Origin: Phoronis australis
Lineage: Eukaryota > Animalia > Phoronida
Assembly: GCA_002633005.1 (NCBI GenBank)
Contig: NMRA01001002.1
Span: forward strand, 1-64,000
Reading direction: 5' to 3'
DNA: 64,000 bases
Below the pieces are notes generated by a model, which was not told the origin of the DNA, made no database searches, and saw nothing but the letters and a program-made list of their open reading frames with translations. Positions 1-12,300 of this stretch are shown one piece after another. Position numbers and translations under genes: made by a program. The stretch's first letter is position 1, and each line of letters begins with the position of its first letter.

Positions 1-569
1 CAACAGTAAGTGATGTAATACGGTGACTAAACTAAACAAGTAATGAACCAAAAACACAATAACACATTCTGCGACACCATGTAAATGTTACTGAACAACA
101 GTTGTAAATACCGACTCAGATCAATCTCCGAACCGGGAATCTAACCTGGAACAGCCATGTACGTCTGCACGGTGGTGAGTTAAAAGGCGTCTGAATTGAA
201 GATAAATTGGTGACCTTTTGATTTCGACACATCGCTGTGACTGTGGCCGCTTGGACTTCGATTTCAGAGTTCAGTCTGATCACACCTAATTACTTTAATA
301 CTTGTTATACAAGCCGGGGACCATTTTTTCCGAGCAGAGTCGCATGTTGTAATTCTGTAACTATAGAATTTCTGCAAAAGGTTAATTAAGCCTAATTCCC
401 ATCTCCAGTACTAAAAGTGACCCGCTTGATTAAAATTTTACAGCCGTAAGTCAACTCACTTGAACACATATAATTTTAGGAGGCACATCAGTCATGTTAG
501 TAAAAATTGAAAGCCTTTACTATTAACGTATATTTAATTTCAGATGGTGACTGTAATACTCCACTTAAA

Positions 570-1450
570 AGGCAAAGTCAAAGACATGCATGCTATGTGG
601 CAAACTGTTATACTCTGACTCTCACGCACAGAAAGTTAAAAATGTTGCATTAACCAGAGGTACTTGGATTCTTCAACTCGTTTACATTCAATGCAACAAT
701 GATTTGTTGGATACAAGACCTGTGTTTATGTGCAGCTCATGCATTCCGTTTTATTCAAAACTCACACAGCTGCAAAAATAAGCAAGAATGGATGTCAGCA
801 TTCTCATTGCTCAGTCTGAAGATCGACAAAAACATGTTCTAATTGATTTGCCATCTGTCTCTTAGAAGCCAACAGGAGCAAAGAGATTATTAAATTTTCA
901 GTCCGACTTAGTTGACCATGTTAAATTTTGAGTCCGAGTTAGATGAACATGGGTATTCAGTATCTGAGTATTATCAACAACCAAAGCCTTTCCTGTCAAA
1001 CATGTCTAAATACTCAAATGAGCAACTTGATCGGAAAATTGTTTAAAATCAGTGCATATTTGGATGATCTTTGCAAAACTTCAGAAAAAAGTGGGTTTAG
1101 ACTTCCCATGAGGGATCTGGATGACAAGTCGCTTCTTTGGAAAATTGTGAAAGAAGTGGAAAATCGTCCAAATGGGCTACCACTGCTGTGTGTCATTCAC
1201 TTCATATGGCTGTGACTAAGAATGACTTCACTGTAGCCATAACGTATGGCATACATGTAGATGTTTGCCAAAAAGCCTCAACTCTGCGCCGTACAGAGGC
1301 TAATGCCTGCTGCGTGTATTAATCATCATGCTGGCAATGGTGTATGTTTAAACATTTTTCAGATGGATCACATTTCAGCAAAGGTGACATAGTTGATGAT
1401 AGCAAATAGATCGGTGATATATTACATTAAAATCTCTCCAGATTGAGACA
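570..1450 (+). pseudogene. Decayed DNA-transposon transposase N-terminal region, AcademH-like (tentative)
   Basis: Broken reading frames give an N-terminal Cys cluster (CMLCGK...PVFMCSSC), then LLWKIVKEVENRPNGLPLL and QLCAVQRL segments resembling Academ-type transposases. Many stops and frameshifts. Confidence 0.35.
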
Positions 1451-1974
1451 GAAGACAGAAATCATGGCAGAAATTTATTTTTTTCATCCTGAAACTTGAA
1501 GCATGAGTGATTTCTATATTTTCGTACTTTTCAAATTCCTAACGCTATGTTGTAGCATAACAGGTTGCAAGAATATTCCTATAAGTTCATAAAAAGTGAC
1601 TCTCATGAGAAACATTTAATAAATTGTTACCATTCCCGTTGAATTTCTGACAGACAATTGTGTGAAGTTCTTAAAATTGGGACTAGCTCCGACTTCTAAC
1701 AAAATATTTATTCACTCTCCCAAACTAGAGAATTTTTGCGTGAATGATTTTTGAAATTAAGTATGTAGTTAACTGTAAAACTGATGGATGACTGTTCTTG
1801 TTTTTTAAGAGGATCTGCTTTAAGAAAAAAGGTTGCAAAAGTGATGCCAACTTATTGTTAATTTTTGATCTTTAGCGGTGCTGTGGTAGCTTACACCGGC
1901 TTTAAAAATAACATAGTAAATATATAGACGCTGAGGTTGGCCAGTAATGAAATATATCGAATAATAAGATAAAA

Positions 1975-2030
1975 ATCAGGATCCCAACTGGGAATCGAAC
2001 CATTGGTCTCTAGATTGCTGGTCTAGACGA
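1975..2030 (-). repeat. tRNA-derived fragment (SINE head or tRNA pseudogene, 3' half only)
   Basis: Minus strand shows an anticodon-like stem-loop ctaga-ccAGCaa-tctag followed by a B-box GGTTCGATTCCC. No D-arm or 5' acceptor stem. Confidence 0.5.
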
Positions 2031-2220
2031 ATGACGAACGGTAGAAATCATAAGTGACAACAGCTATCAATAGTCAATTTCAGTTTTTGACTCTGATGAA
2101 GATAATAATGGCAGTACCCGTTTTGGTTAAATAGTCATGACGTAATGCTTTCCATTTAAAAATCTTGAGGGTATTTCTTATTTATAAGCTACGTGTATGA
2201 ATATTTGTTTACAAGAAATG

Positions 2221-2319
2221 GTGTTTGTGTGTGTGTGTTTGTGTGTGCGTGTGTGTGTGTGTGAATGTGTGTGTGTGNTGGGCGGGTGTGTGTGTGTGTG
2301 TGTGTTATGTGTGTGTGTG
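2221..2319. repeat. (TG)n microsatellite
   Basis: About 100 bp of imperfect TG repeats, with one N at 2278. Confidence 0.95.
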
Positions 2320-2740
2320 ATGTTAAAATCAGTTACATAGTGACTTAGTCACAGAATTATTTCAGTGCTTTATATGCTTAAGGGGTCTTGATCAAAAATA
2401 ATGTTTTTATTTGCTAGACTGATACATGTATATACCAAAGGAACTTGTGTCATGTGATAAGATGTTATTGTTTAGATATGTTTTGGAAAAAATAAATGGT
2501 ATACCGAGATAATGAAACGTTACAATTGTGTCTTTAGCATCTAATGTCAATGTAGAATACATGATTGCTTTTACAGAAGCATTTAAAATGTTATAGATTA
2601 TGGATTTCATATATATAGTTAAGGTTAAGAATGCTTGCCTACATGATCTTCTCTGCACATTTGTTGCTTTGATAGCACTATCACTGGTGGAGTTACGCTA
2701 TTGAAAATAAAACAAAAATAAAGGACAATTTTGACAGTAA

Positions 2741-3726
2741 AATCACCCATGAAAATCTTATTTTAATGATTTGGATTTCCGACTCTGTCCCAATTTTTGT
2801 ACTTCAGGGTGACCTAAAAGGACTGCTTGGTTCCTTGTTAATTCCAAGTTGTCGTGTCTCGTGGGAGGCATTTTTTAGTGCATCTGCATTGAATAAATTG
2901 ATGTTTTTGACTATTTTTGGCAGATTTCCCAGATTTCCGTAAAACTTCAAGGCTCAGATTTAGAAATGCTAGATGTTATTGAAAGTATTTTGTCTGCATT
3001 AAACTCACCATTCTAACACAATGCCTCCGTCGTTGATTACCACCATTGCCACGATGGAAGCTAATTCCTAGTTTTGCAAGCATTTCACACTATCACTTGT
3101 TGATGTCAGAGCCTTAGGGTGAGCATACAATACTTAATAACTTCCTTTAATTTCATCACTAATTGGAAAACATAGGCGGATTTAGGTGGGCAGGGAATGC
3201 AGCAAGAAAAAAGAAACACCAACTGCGCGAAGCGTGAGGAAATGTAACTAGGACCGGTACTGGAGAAGTGTGGGGACTCAGACCCCAGATGGTGGAGGGC
3301 TCTCGTTCCCGTTTTTTATTTCTTTGATTTTTTAGTCGATAGATTTCCCGAACAGAAGTTTCATACTCCGTGTCAGTTTCGGGACGCCTGTACACATACA
3401 ACCGCTCTCTTCCCAATTCCCAAAGGTTACATGTTGGGCCCCTCTTCTGGTCCTTAATCCGCCACTGGAACAGTACTACAAAACGTCACCACTAGTTTCT
3501 TCATCATCAGTAATATCATCACTGATGTCTCCCAAAAAATTGTTGCTGTTCTTGTATTGTTATTAGTGCACGGCAAAGATCTACTAAAGTTTGGTCAAGT
3601 ACAGGGCTCATAAACAAACAAATTGCAGGTCTGTGTGGGAACGTCAATAGCGCAATTAGTTGACCTGTCAACCGTGCTTCTTCTGCTAGTTTTATTTTAA
3701 TCGCACAATGGACCTTTTATGTTCAC
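2741..3726 (-). mobile_element. Decayed RecQ-like (SF2) helicase fragment, probably AcademH-derived; copy 1
   Basis: Minus strand gives VLYAHPKALTS...LASIVAMVVINDGGIVLEW|gtgagt (degenerate DEAH..EW motif II with an intron), then PEVQKLGQSRKS. Closely similar to 35424-36405. Confidence 0.6.
3171..3467. mobile_element. About 300-bp MITE (CATAGGCGGATTTAG...ATCCGCCACTG family) inserted in the helicase fragment
   Basis: Short imperfect terminal inverted repeats. Related copies at 35850-36150 and 13654-17171; similar ends at 33090-33257 and 45774-45930. Confidence 0.7.
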
Positions 3727-5180
3727 TTAGTGATAAGTAAACCGTTTCAATGATGTGTTTCGTTTTAAAATTGCCTCAATTAATGCTACAGGTACTCCAA
3801 TATCGTCCGCATTCGTCGCGATTCTACCCGGGGATTCCATTGACAGGGATTTCCCGAGTATGCATGACAAGGGAGATAAGTCTTTTTTGACACATAAACG
3901 AGTCGACAAATACGGATTTTGTCATCTACAAAGATTACAATTACCATTTTTAAGAACTTAGTCCGGCCTAACTGCTAAAAACCTATTCAAATTACAACAA
4001 TGACGAAGCGTTTATTTGGTGCGGCTACGAACCAATATGATCTCGCGAGATTTAGCCTTATCACCCGTTTTTCGGGCTATTTTGTAAATGTGATGTGCCA
4101 TAAGTGAAAGACTTGTCGCGAACCGACAAGAGCGACATCTTTCGTGAAAATGTCTGTTGCCGTTAATGAGTGGCAGTTCCGTATGGCAATGTCACTAGGT
4201 TTAGCGCTGACTGACCCAGCTACGCTTTAAGTAGCCATATCCTCATGGAATAAAAGGTCACGATTAAACGTGTCCATGTTACCCAGGGAGATCACTGCTT
4301 TGGAACTTCCCTGTTTACGTTTTGGATTTGTGGTGTACGTGGATGAAACCGATCTACATGTATTTTGGGTGATCAATGCTTGGATTTTAACACCACGAAA
4401 AAACACTTATGTAAATTTGGGATTCGATTTATTTAATACTTGTTACTTATCAGAACAATTAAGTCTTGAATTTAACCCAGGGTCCACTTCCTGTTTCTAT
4501 TTTCGGGAGGCTTACGAAACCGCATCATTAATGTATCTTAATTTGGAGCTTGCTTATGATAGGTCATCATTTTTGGCCATGTGAAGTTGTGGCAATGTAG
4601 CCTACCATTGATTATTAAACAATTTGTTTCCAAATTGTAATTTATTAATTATATGTTCATGTTATAGTATCATGATTATATGCATTATGCCACAGACGAT
4701 GGTGACTGTGAGTTATTATAAAGAGATTCGTGACATTCAAAGGAGGGCAAAGCCCGAATTCAAATGTGTTTTCAAATCAACTATTCTGTCGGTGATGAAT
4801 GAGGCAGTGATAAAATTGTTTAATTCTTTCTTTTTTTAGTTTTCTTTGAATTAATAGATATTCACAATCTATAACTTATTCTAATGATAAACTGTTTATT
4901 TTAATTGAAAATTGCAAAGAATGGAACAGTTTAACATTGGATTTTTTTTCGGTGTTGGCGTAGAAATTTTGTTACCCATAATCCCAGTGTATGTACTTTT
5001 TATTTGTTTTTCGTTATAATTTTTCATTACTTATCCAGTTTTATCGAAGTATTGAAAAAAGTCAGAGTCAATTGACATGCCTTTTGAGCTTTTATTTTGT
5101 TTTTCCTATATCCAGCATTTCGTTTTGGATTTGTTTAAAACATCAGCACAGAGTAGTAGGATGTTTTGACTCCGAAATAC

Positions 5181-5241
5181 CTCTGGGTTCATTGGCCTTT
5201 AGTAGCTAATGTACCATCAATCTTAATCAGTCCACCTAAGC
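5181..5241 (-). CDS. Exon 3 of secreted-peptide gene, paralog 1 (possibly pseudogenised)
   Basis: ttttaattttaatag|...cccagag|gtattt; a second acceptor gives an exon start at 5235. Length and splice sites match 43411-43471. The phase-1 frame reads GLGGLIKIDGTLATKGQ*; the alternative frame has two stops. Confidence 0.55.
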
Positions 5242-5834
5242 CTATTAAAATTAAAACAGGCAATGACCATATTATTCAGCCCGTGGGCTGGTGCTGGGTA
5301 TCTGTCCAAGAGTTGGTATGGAAAGTAGTTCTTCTGTATGAAATCTCGTCGCTCTATCAACACTTACCAGTGATAAGGAGCTTTAAAACATGACCACGCT
5401 CTTCTGATCTTGAATTGTGGACTCAAGTCTCAGATAATGGATATAATCATCATTTTTGATTCTGAATTGAGAGGTTGTCAAAACTCGATAAACTCTGAAC
5501 ACGTTTTTGAGTAGTTGAAGGTTTCGATATTTTAGTTCTTAGCCGAAAAATAAATGTCCATCGCGGTCACAAATATTCTGACACCGATTTGATTTGAGTG
5601 AAAGTCCCAATTCAATTTTTAGGTTATCAAAGCCGTAGGATGGAATGCAGTTTTAAACTTGAAGTTTTAGCAAGTTTGATCAGGCTCCTGTTCTGCGGAG
5701 GCATGGAACTAGCGAAAACGCAAAACCTCGCAAGATATCGCCAGGCATTACAAGGACTGGCCATGATCACTTCATTTTAACTTGCAATTTTTTTGCGGAA
5801 ATCCGCCCAGAGCAATGACAGTTATTGTTCTCAC

Positions 5835-5916
5835 CGTTGTTTTCGCCATCTTCCGGCACCGCTTGGAGGCATCCCACAGCCAGCATCAACAGAATGAATA
5901 CGGTGATGCACTTCAT
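5835..5916 (-). CDS. Signal-peptide exon of small secreted protein, paralog 1: MKCITVFILLMLAVGCLQAVPEDGENN(G)
   Basis: Acceptor ttaattacag 13 nt upstream of the ATG. Basic n-region, hydrophobic core and LQA cleavage-like site, phase-1 donor G|gtgaga. Paralog at 44067-44148 has identical length. Confidence 0.8.
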
Positions 5917-8812
5917 GACTTCTAGTTTTCTGTAATTAAGCATCAGATCATGTTACAGGGAAGCAGGTATATAAAAAGAGAAACAAGTATAGGAAATTAA
6001 AACAAAATGTCAATAAACGTTTGCTAACATTACCATAATCAATAGAAAAGTGCCATTGCGTATTATCAGGTAGAAACTGAAACACATTCAGATATGCAGT
6101 CTGTTGTACACCCTCTACCGTAGATGTCTACATATTATTAAAGAATCATGCGTCTGCCTGCGTCTCTGAGAATAAGGCAACATAGGTTTCATGCAAACGG
6201 CCAATAGCTCCTTCTACTAGGGATCTGTCTCATTGTCTAAGAACTTGCAGCTTTTGTCCATAAACACCAGGAGGTAGAAAATAATTTTTACGTAGAGTAG
6301 AAGGGGTAGATCGGCAATAAAACGTCGTTTAAACAATTTCGCAGAACATTGCAAATTTTTTCCCATTTAGTTATTCTCGGGAATGAATCCATGGCAATCC
6401 CTGTCATAGGAAATGTTCCCGTGTTTGTGGAGTTAATTGGTTATAACACTAACGTTTAAAATGATGAACAGATATATTCCTTGAAACGACAATAACATCA
6501 AGATCTAGGATCTAATATCTAAGTACGGACTTGTCTCAAACTTGGAATCAGAACTTAGTCAGTCAACGCAAAACTATTTGCGTGCTTGTGCCTTTCATAA
6601 GTCACATCTCTTGTCTAGGGACGTAATTGGTGTCGACCGAGGTACAGTACAAAGGGAATCGGACGATCTGTGATGAACCGGCCTGTGGCGGAGGCGAAAC
6701 TAACGTGGACGGAGGGATGTCGCACTCGCGTCTAGTTCGCCTCCACCTACCCCACACACCGTAAACAAACTTTGTTACGCCCATATGTGACTGCCTCAAT
6801 CTTACACTGTTGGCTGAGCTGCCTACTGATATGCTATGGATCAATAACGGTGTAGCACGTTATACATTCTGCCAGCTGTCATGAAATAGATAACTGTCAT
6901 AGTGGCGTTAAGAATGCTGTAAATGTGGTTACGCACATTGTTATTACGGTCAAGTTTTACCCAACACACCATTGACGATGTCAAGATATTTCCGGAGCAC
7001 ATAGGTTCAAAAAATCAGCAGTGGAACACTCTCCGAATTTTAAATTAAGATGCTCTTTTTTAACTCTGAAATTTAACTACTTTGTTTTCAGTCGTTAGGC
7101 GTTCAGTCCATTTAAACTGTTACCGACATAGAGTACAAGACGATCATTTAAGTCAAGGAATTCGAAGATTTTGGCAGACATAGAAACGTGGGATCTGATG
7201 TCTTTAAATACGTACGTCATACAGGACTTCATTGGACAGATCCAACTTTGTAAATGTTAAGAATTTGACTTTGAAATTCGTCATCTTATAGTAGTGGGTA
7301 GTTTATGAAAATATCGTATGTTGGTGGTGACGCTGGTGGATAGGAGAGTGGGCTCGAGATTCAGTCAAAGTGGTGGAAATATTCAGCAAAATAAGAAATA
7401 ATTAGGAAAAAAATTCAGTGGAAAATGACAAAAAAGAAACTCTACGTAAACCTGGCATAATGAAGTTAAGATTAAATGACAAACGTTTCTCAAATATTCT
7501 AACAGTGAAGTTGATAGATCGCACCTTTAACTTCCAGGCTAAGAGCATTGTACCATCAAATCCAAGCCTTGCAAAGAGTCAGATATATCACTAAACCTCA
7601 AACAATCGAGACTGCAAGTTGATCGAAACCAAAACTTTTTCTGCAATACTACCATTCATTAATTTGGATGTGCGCTTTAGGTGGAGAATATGTGTATACT
7701 GATATGAAGTAGCAAGGAAATTATTAGAGGAGCTAGAAAATCTGCGATTGTGTAGTCGCCTCTTCGAAGACGAACATTTTACTCATCAACAAAAGTACGA
7801 AACGTTAGTTTAGAGTAAACACTATGAGTTTATGAGTTTGCATCAAGATCCAGGCACTACTCCGCATTATCCTAGCCATACGCCTACCTCAGGTTATATT
7901 ACTGAAGATTATACTATCCTATACGTGGACTATGTGGCCAACTTCTAGACAGTCAATTCATTGAAACATTATATTCGCAAATGAACCTTATTATTTGATG
8001 CATTCTGCTGCACCCAAACAGCTTGTTTCCCATATATTCACTTGCTATGCTCCACAGCCAATAAGATTGTGTTTGGAATTTGGTCATCGCTTTGCCTGGC
8101 AGAGCTCACTTTGAAACATAACTTCTGTGTGCCAGTATATAACTACGTGACAACAAAATTAATTTACTGATGCATTATTCCCTGTGAACACACAAGCAGG
8201 GTTTTAAATTTCAAACTTGAAAATCAAAGGCTAGCGTGATCCTGTGAAACTATAAAAATGTTATTTCTTCGAAAATTTTGGGAATTACCATTGTGTTGTA
8301 TGTTCATTCCAAACTTATGCATTATCCTGAACAACTATTGGTAAGTTGGCAAAATCAAAATTATTGTCATTTACATTGTGATTATTCCAGAACGTCAGTA
8401 CTGTAAAAGTGCTAGGTTTCATGGCTGGGATTGTTGTATTATTTTATATATTGAAATGTATTGCATCATGTATAACAAACATGGAACGTTGTTTTCATAT
8501 TATTCTTCAAATGTGTCGTAATGACTTTTGAATTGATGTTTTACAATATTAGAATAAACAGATATATTGATTGATATGTTCTTATTTTTGTACTCTACTT
8601 TGTTGATGTATTGAGTATTATTTTTTACTTAATCCTTATCTTATCCCGTATATTTCAGCTACAAAAATTATTACATAAAAATCCGTAATATACCATAAAA
8701 GTTTTGGCTAAAATATTACATAAATTACTATTACATTTCAAGTGATATGAAAAATGTTATTCAATTGAACCCTGGAGTTCGTTTCTGAATATTGAAAATA
8801 TTCCATATTCGC

Positions 8813-9075
8813 TCAAAAACTGCCTCGTAAATTAACATTGCAGCATCATTCAGTTGCACCTATATCATGCAAGTGTGACTTATTAAACAGTTAAACCAGG
8901 GCATGAACAAGTCCAATTTTAAATTTGACTGAGGTGGACCAGGTCTAAACTTGACCTTACTAAACCCCTCGTCTAAAAGTTAAGCGACCTTTGTGAAATG
9001 CAGGTTATTCTTAAACATGGCTTAAGTCCAGGTTAAGTCATACAAAACTTTAAATCATATTTATGAAATCGGCTT
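8813..9075. mobile_element. Right-end remnant of the Harbinger/PIF-like MITE family
   Basis: Aligns to 47386-47687 and ends ATGAAATCGGCT at the same insertion site as that copy. Confidence 0.75.
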
Positions 9076-9244
9076 CAAATTTCTTACCTGCACAATCACT
9101 CACCACTGTTGAGTGTACTCAGTGTGGAAAAATCCTTACACGATGTTTTTATTTAAAGGATAATAAAACCTTCCTCCATTTTGATTGGCTCATACTTGAA
9201 ACATCACTCGCTGTTTAACCAATCAAGCATCACATCATTCTTAC

Positions 9245-9361
9245 CTTGAACTATTTTCTCGGCGTTATGCCTTCCAACGCTTCGTAAATTTTGCCACTAG
9301 TTCGAACTTGTCACCCAAACGTGAACCCCTCTACTGCCAAACGCACGCGCTAAACTTTATA
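9245..9361 (-). promoter_or_regulatory. TATA promoter and non-coding first exon of paralog 1
   Basis: TATAAA at 9361-9356, initiator-like GGCAGT about 26 nt downstream, about 90 nt with no ATG, strong donor CAAG|gtaaga at 9245. The donor is conserved at 47875. Confidence 0.55.
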
Positions 9362-12300
9362 GGCCTACAGTATGTGCTGCGCTAGATAAGTTGGTCATGT
9401 TGGCAGAGTGCTTTATTGGGAAACGTGGAGCAAAGAAATATGTAATTCTGAGCCGGTTCAAAATGCATCAAGAAAAGGCAAGTCATGGTGTTTGTGGGAA
9501 TTAGTGACACCAAAATTGAAAATTATAGATTTTATATTATAATGTAAACATTGGGAAGCGTACAAAGCTTTGGTTTATTTATAGTCAAGGTTGAATGTTG
9601 AATGAGTTTCATACACTTGAGCTTATTCACGATTTCTGTCATCGCTCAAATGAGAATTTTATCGGATCATTTAGCTTCTAGGACTAGTTCGTGGTTCGAT
9701 CTGTGCACACTCGACAATTTAGCAACTATCTTGAATACAATTAACGGAGATGCTATTGAGGAGACTGCACATAGGCCAGTGACTATCCACAAAGGATCGA
9801 AGGTTGACGCGATGCCCCTTTTAAATTTTGTTAATACGGTTAAGCCAACCTTACTATGTAGAGTAATGGACACGATTATGTTATACTTTGACAGACGAAC
9901 ACTTCATTGAACGAGCTGGCGTTAAGCGGCCGTTCGACTAACTCAGTGTATTCCTTCCAGAATAGTGTGCAATTGATTATTCTAAAATAAGGATTCAGAT
10001 TTTTAGAAATTGTTTAATGCTATGAAGCAGCACAACAACAACGATCTATCATTTCGGGGCTTGCTGTTTGTTGTGGCTATTAGAATTTTATTGCCATTTA
10101 CGTAAGGACTCAACTTGCAACATTATTTCGTCGCCGATCCTGCAAGAGGGTTGGCTGGATTTATATTTTTAGTATTATCTTATGGAAGACCTCTTGGAAA
10201 TTTCTTATTGATTGAAAATCCCCCAAATTTCAGAAAGTGTATAATATTTATTTAAATCACATGACAGCGTTTTCCCTTTCAGTGACTTAACGAGATGTAG
10301 GGAATTCTGAGCGTGTGATAAGATCTAGCTTCTTTGTTAACTGCCAAGCACAGTGTTTTGTCTGTTATGTCAACAAGCCGGTCAGTTATCTACCAGACCA
10401 AGTGTGAAAACTGTCAGACTCAGAGTGAATTGGGGTATTCGGAAAGAATAGATTGTCGTAACTTCGGTTGCAGTTAGACGATTTTGGTCACTCAACAACT
10501 AAACATTGTCACCATTAAACGAAGATTTCAGAAGTGCTTTTGATTTAGGTTCAACTTTTATTTTTAACAGCACAGCACATCAAGGTAGATACGATCTTAT
10601 TGGGGATTAGTACATTTATCGAACAAAATACAGGTGGCCCTCCAACTATTAATGTCAGAATGGAGTTAATCAGTCGTATAAGATATTGGATACATGGGGT
10701 TACCTTCTCAACTTGTTGGCCTTAAAGAAATTCTTGGTTGAGGTTCAGTAAGTCTATGCTAGGAATATTTGTCTACCGGGCTGAACAACGAAATCCAAAT
10801 TCTGAAATTTAATTCAGACAGATAACTTAAATTTTAAAGAGCAGAAGATGAACTCAATGTTTATGAATTGCAAATGTCGGTCCAAAATTGATATTTTCGA
10901 ACTAGGCGAAGAGGTTTTCCACACTTTTCACAGACTAGTTTGGTGGGATGATATACCCTTGACTGCAGCCAGTTCCAACATGCTATTTTGTGCGTTCTTA
11001 CTATTAGAATTCAATGTTGACCTGTTATCCAGATATCGTACTTTGTAAATGAAATCATCATTAATTTAACAGTAACTGGAAACGTCTCAGAATTTCACTA
11101 CAATCAAGGCTTCGTGTACACAGACAGACGAAGCAGTGTTTCGGAGAATGACGTGATGTCCTGGCGTGAGCAGCTTATGTCACGTGATGTATGTTCAGAC
11201 TGTACTGTGTTTTGTTTTATTTTAGTAAAGCATCACATATATTAAATACCTTTTATAGTTTTATCTTTTTTCTTATGGTCACATAAGTAGTATCAGATGG
11301 TGGAGTTGGAAATCACTTGACGTTATCAGATAAGATAGGGTGGCACCGTCCCCCAATCGGATGGTACGACACTAAAAAGACTACAAATATGCTATTTCGA
11401 GTTCAACTGATCGAGAGCGGAAACAAATTTGTGATTACGACGCGTCTTCCAAAAACCGACAATGCATATATTCCGTCAAAAATGATCAGGGTATAACCAC
11501 CTTACTTAACAACAGATGTCGCGTATACTTATTCCAACTACCGACGGTACTAAACTAATAATACCAATAATAAGATACAGTGAAAACCTAAAGTAAAACA
11601 TAAACTTTATATTTTAAACGTGTATTAGTAACAAAGTACTTTCGAATACACTACCTAAGTCATCCAGACGTTCTGACACCATCATCCGTACGGCTATTAA
11701 GTTATTAATTGCCTGCGCGCTTCATCTTAATTGTGTACTGGATTACTTAAGCTAGTTTTGTTATATAATTTTCCCATAAAGTCTGGACTGACACGTATCT
11801 TATCTTATGCAGGGTCAATTGAAACATATTATAATAATTGTAATGATAGTCACCTGCTTTAATAAGATGCCAGATCCTTTCAATACTTTCGACAAGCATA
11901 TGCCTTTATTTGTACTAGTTGCATTGCGTGCATTTTGAACCAACATATACATGCATGCCTCGTCAATTATTTGTCATGTGTAATCTAAATATGATACACA
12001 ATATGTAGATCAGAAACACCTCATGCCGAAGATATTAGGAAATTGAAAAGAAATTTGACCAACTTGAACACGATTCTTGAATGTATAAATGTTCGCTGGA
12101 TATCATCGAACTAAAATGGATTTGTAACGTATATTGATTTGTTTTCTTACAATTTTTTATGTTTAAGTTGCATACATCTATTCATTTTAAACTCTGAAGA
12201 AACTTCGCATACTAAGAGTTGACTATTTTCCGCAGAAGTCTGGAAAAAAGACTTTTTCTATCTCGGTGATATATATAGGTGTATAGTGATAAATTTAGAG

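Larger units (their letters stand above)
4156..12000. repeat. Segmental duplication copy 1, collinear with 41810-53000
   Basis: Alignable blocks in the same order and orientation: 4180-6085/42024-44317, 8816-10260/47386-48970, 10780-10840/49037-49120, 11547-11990/52570-53010. Confidence 0.9.

Noticed and set aside
1975-2030. Functional tRNA-Ala gene
   Set aside because: The 5' half is missing and the T-arm pairs poorly.
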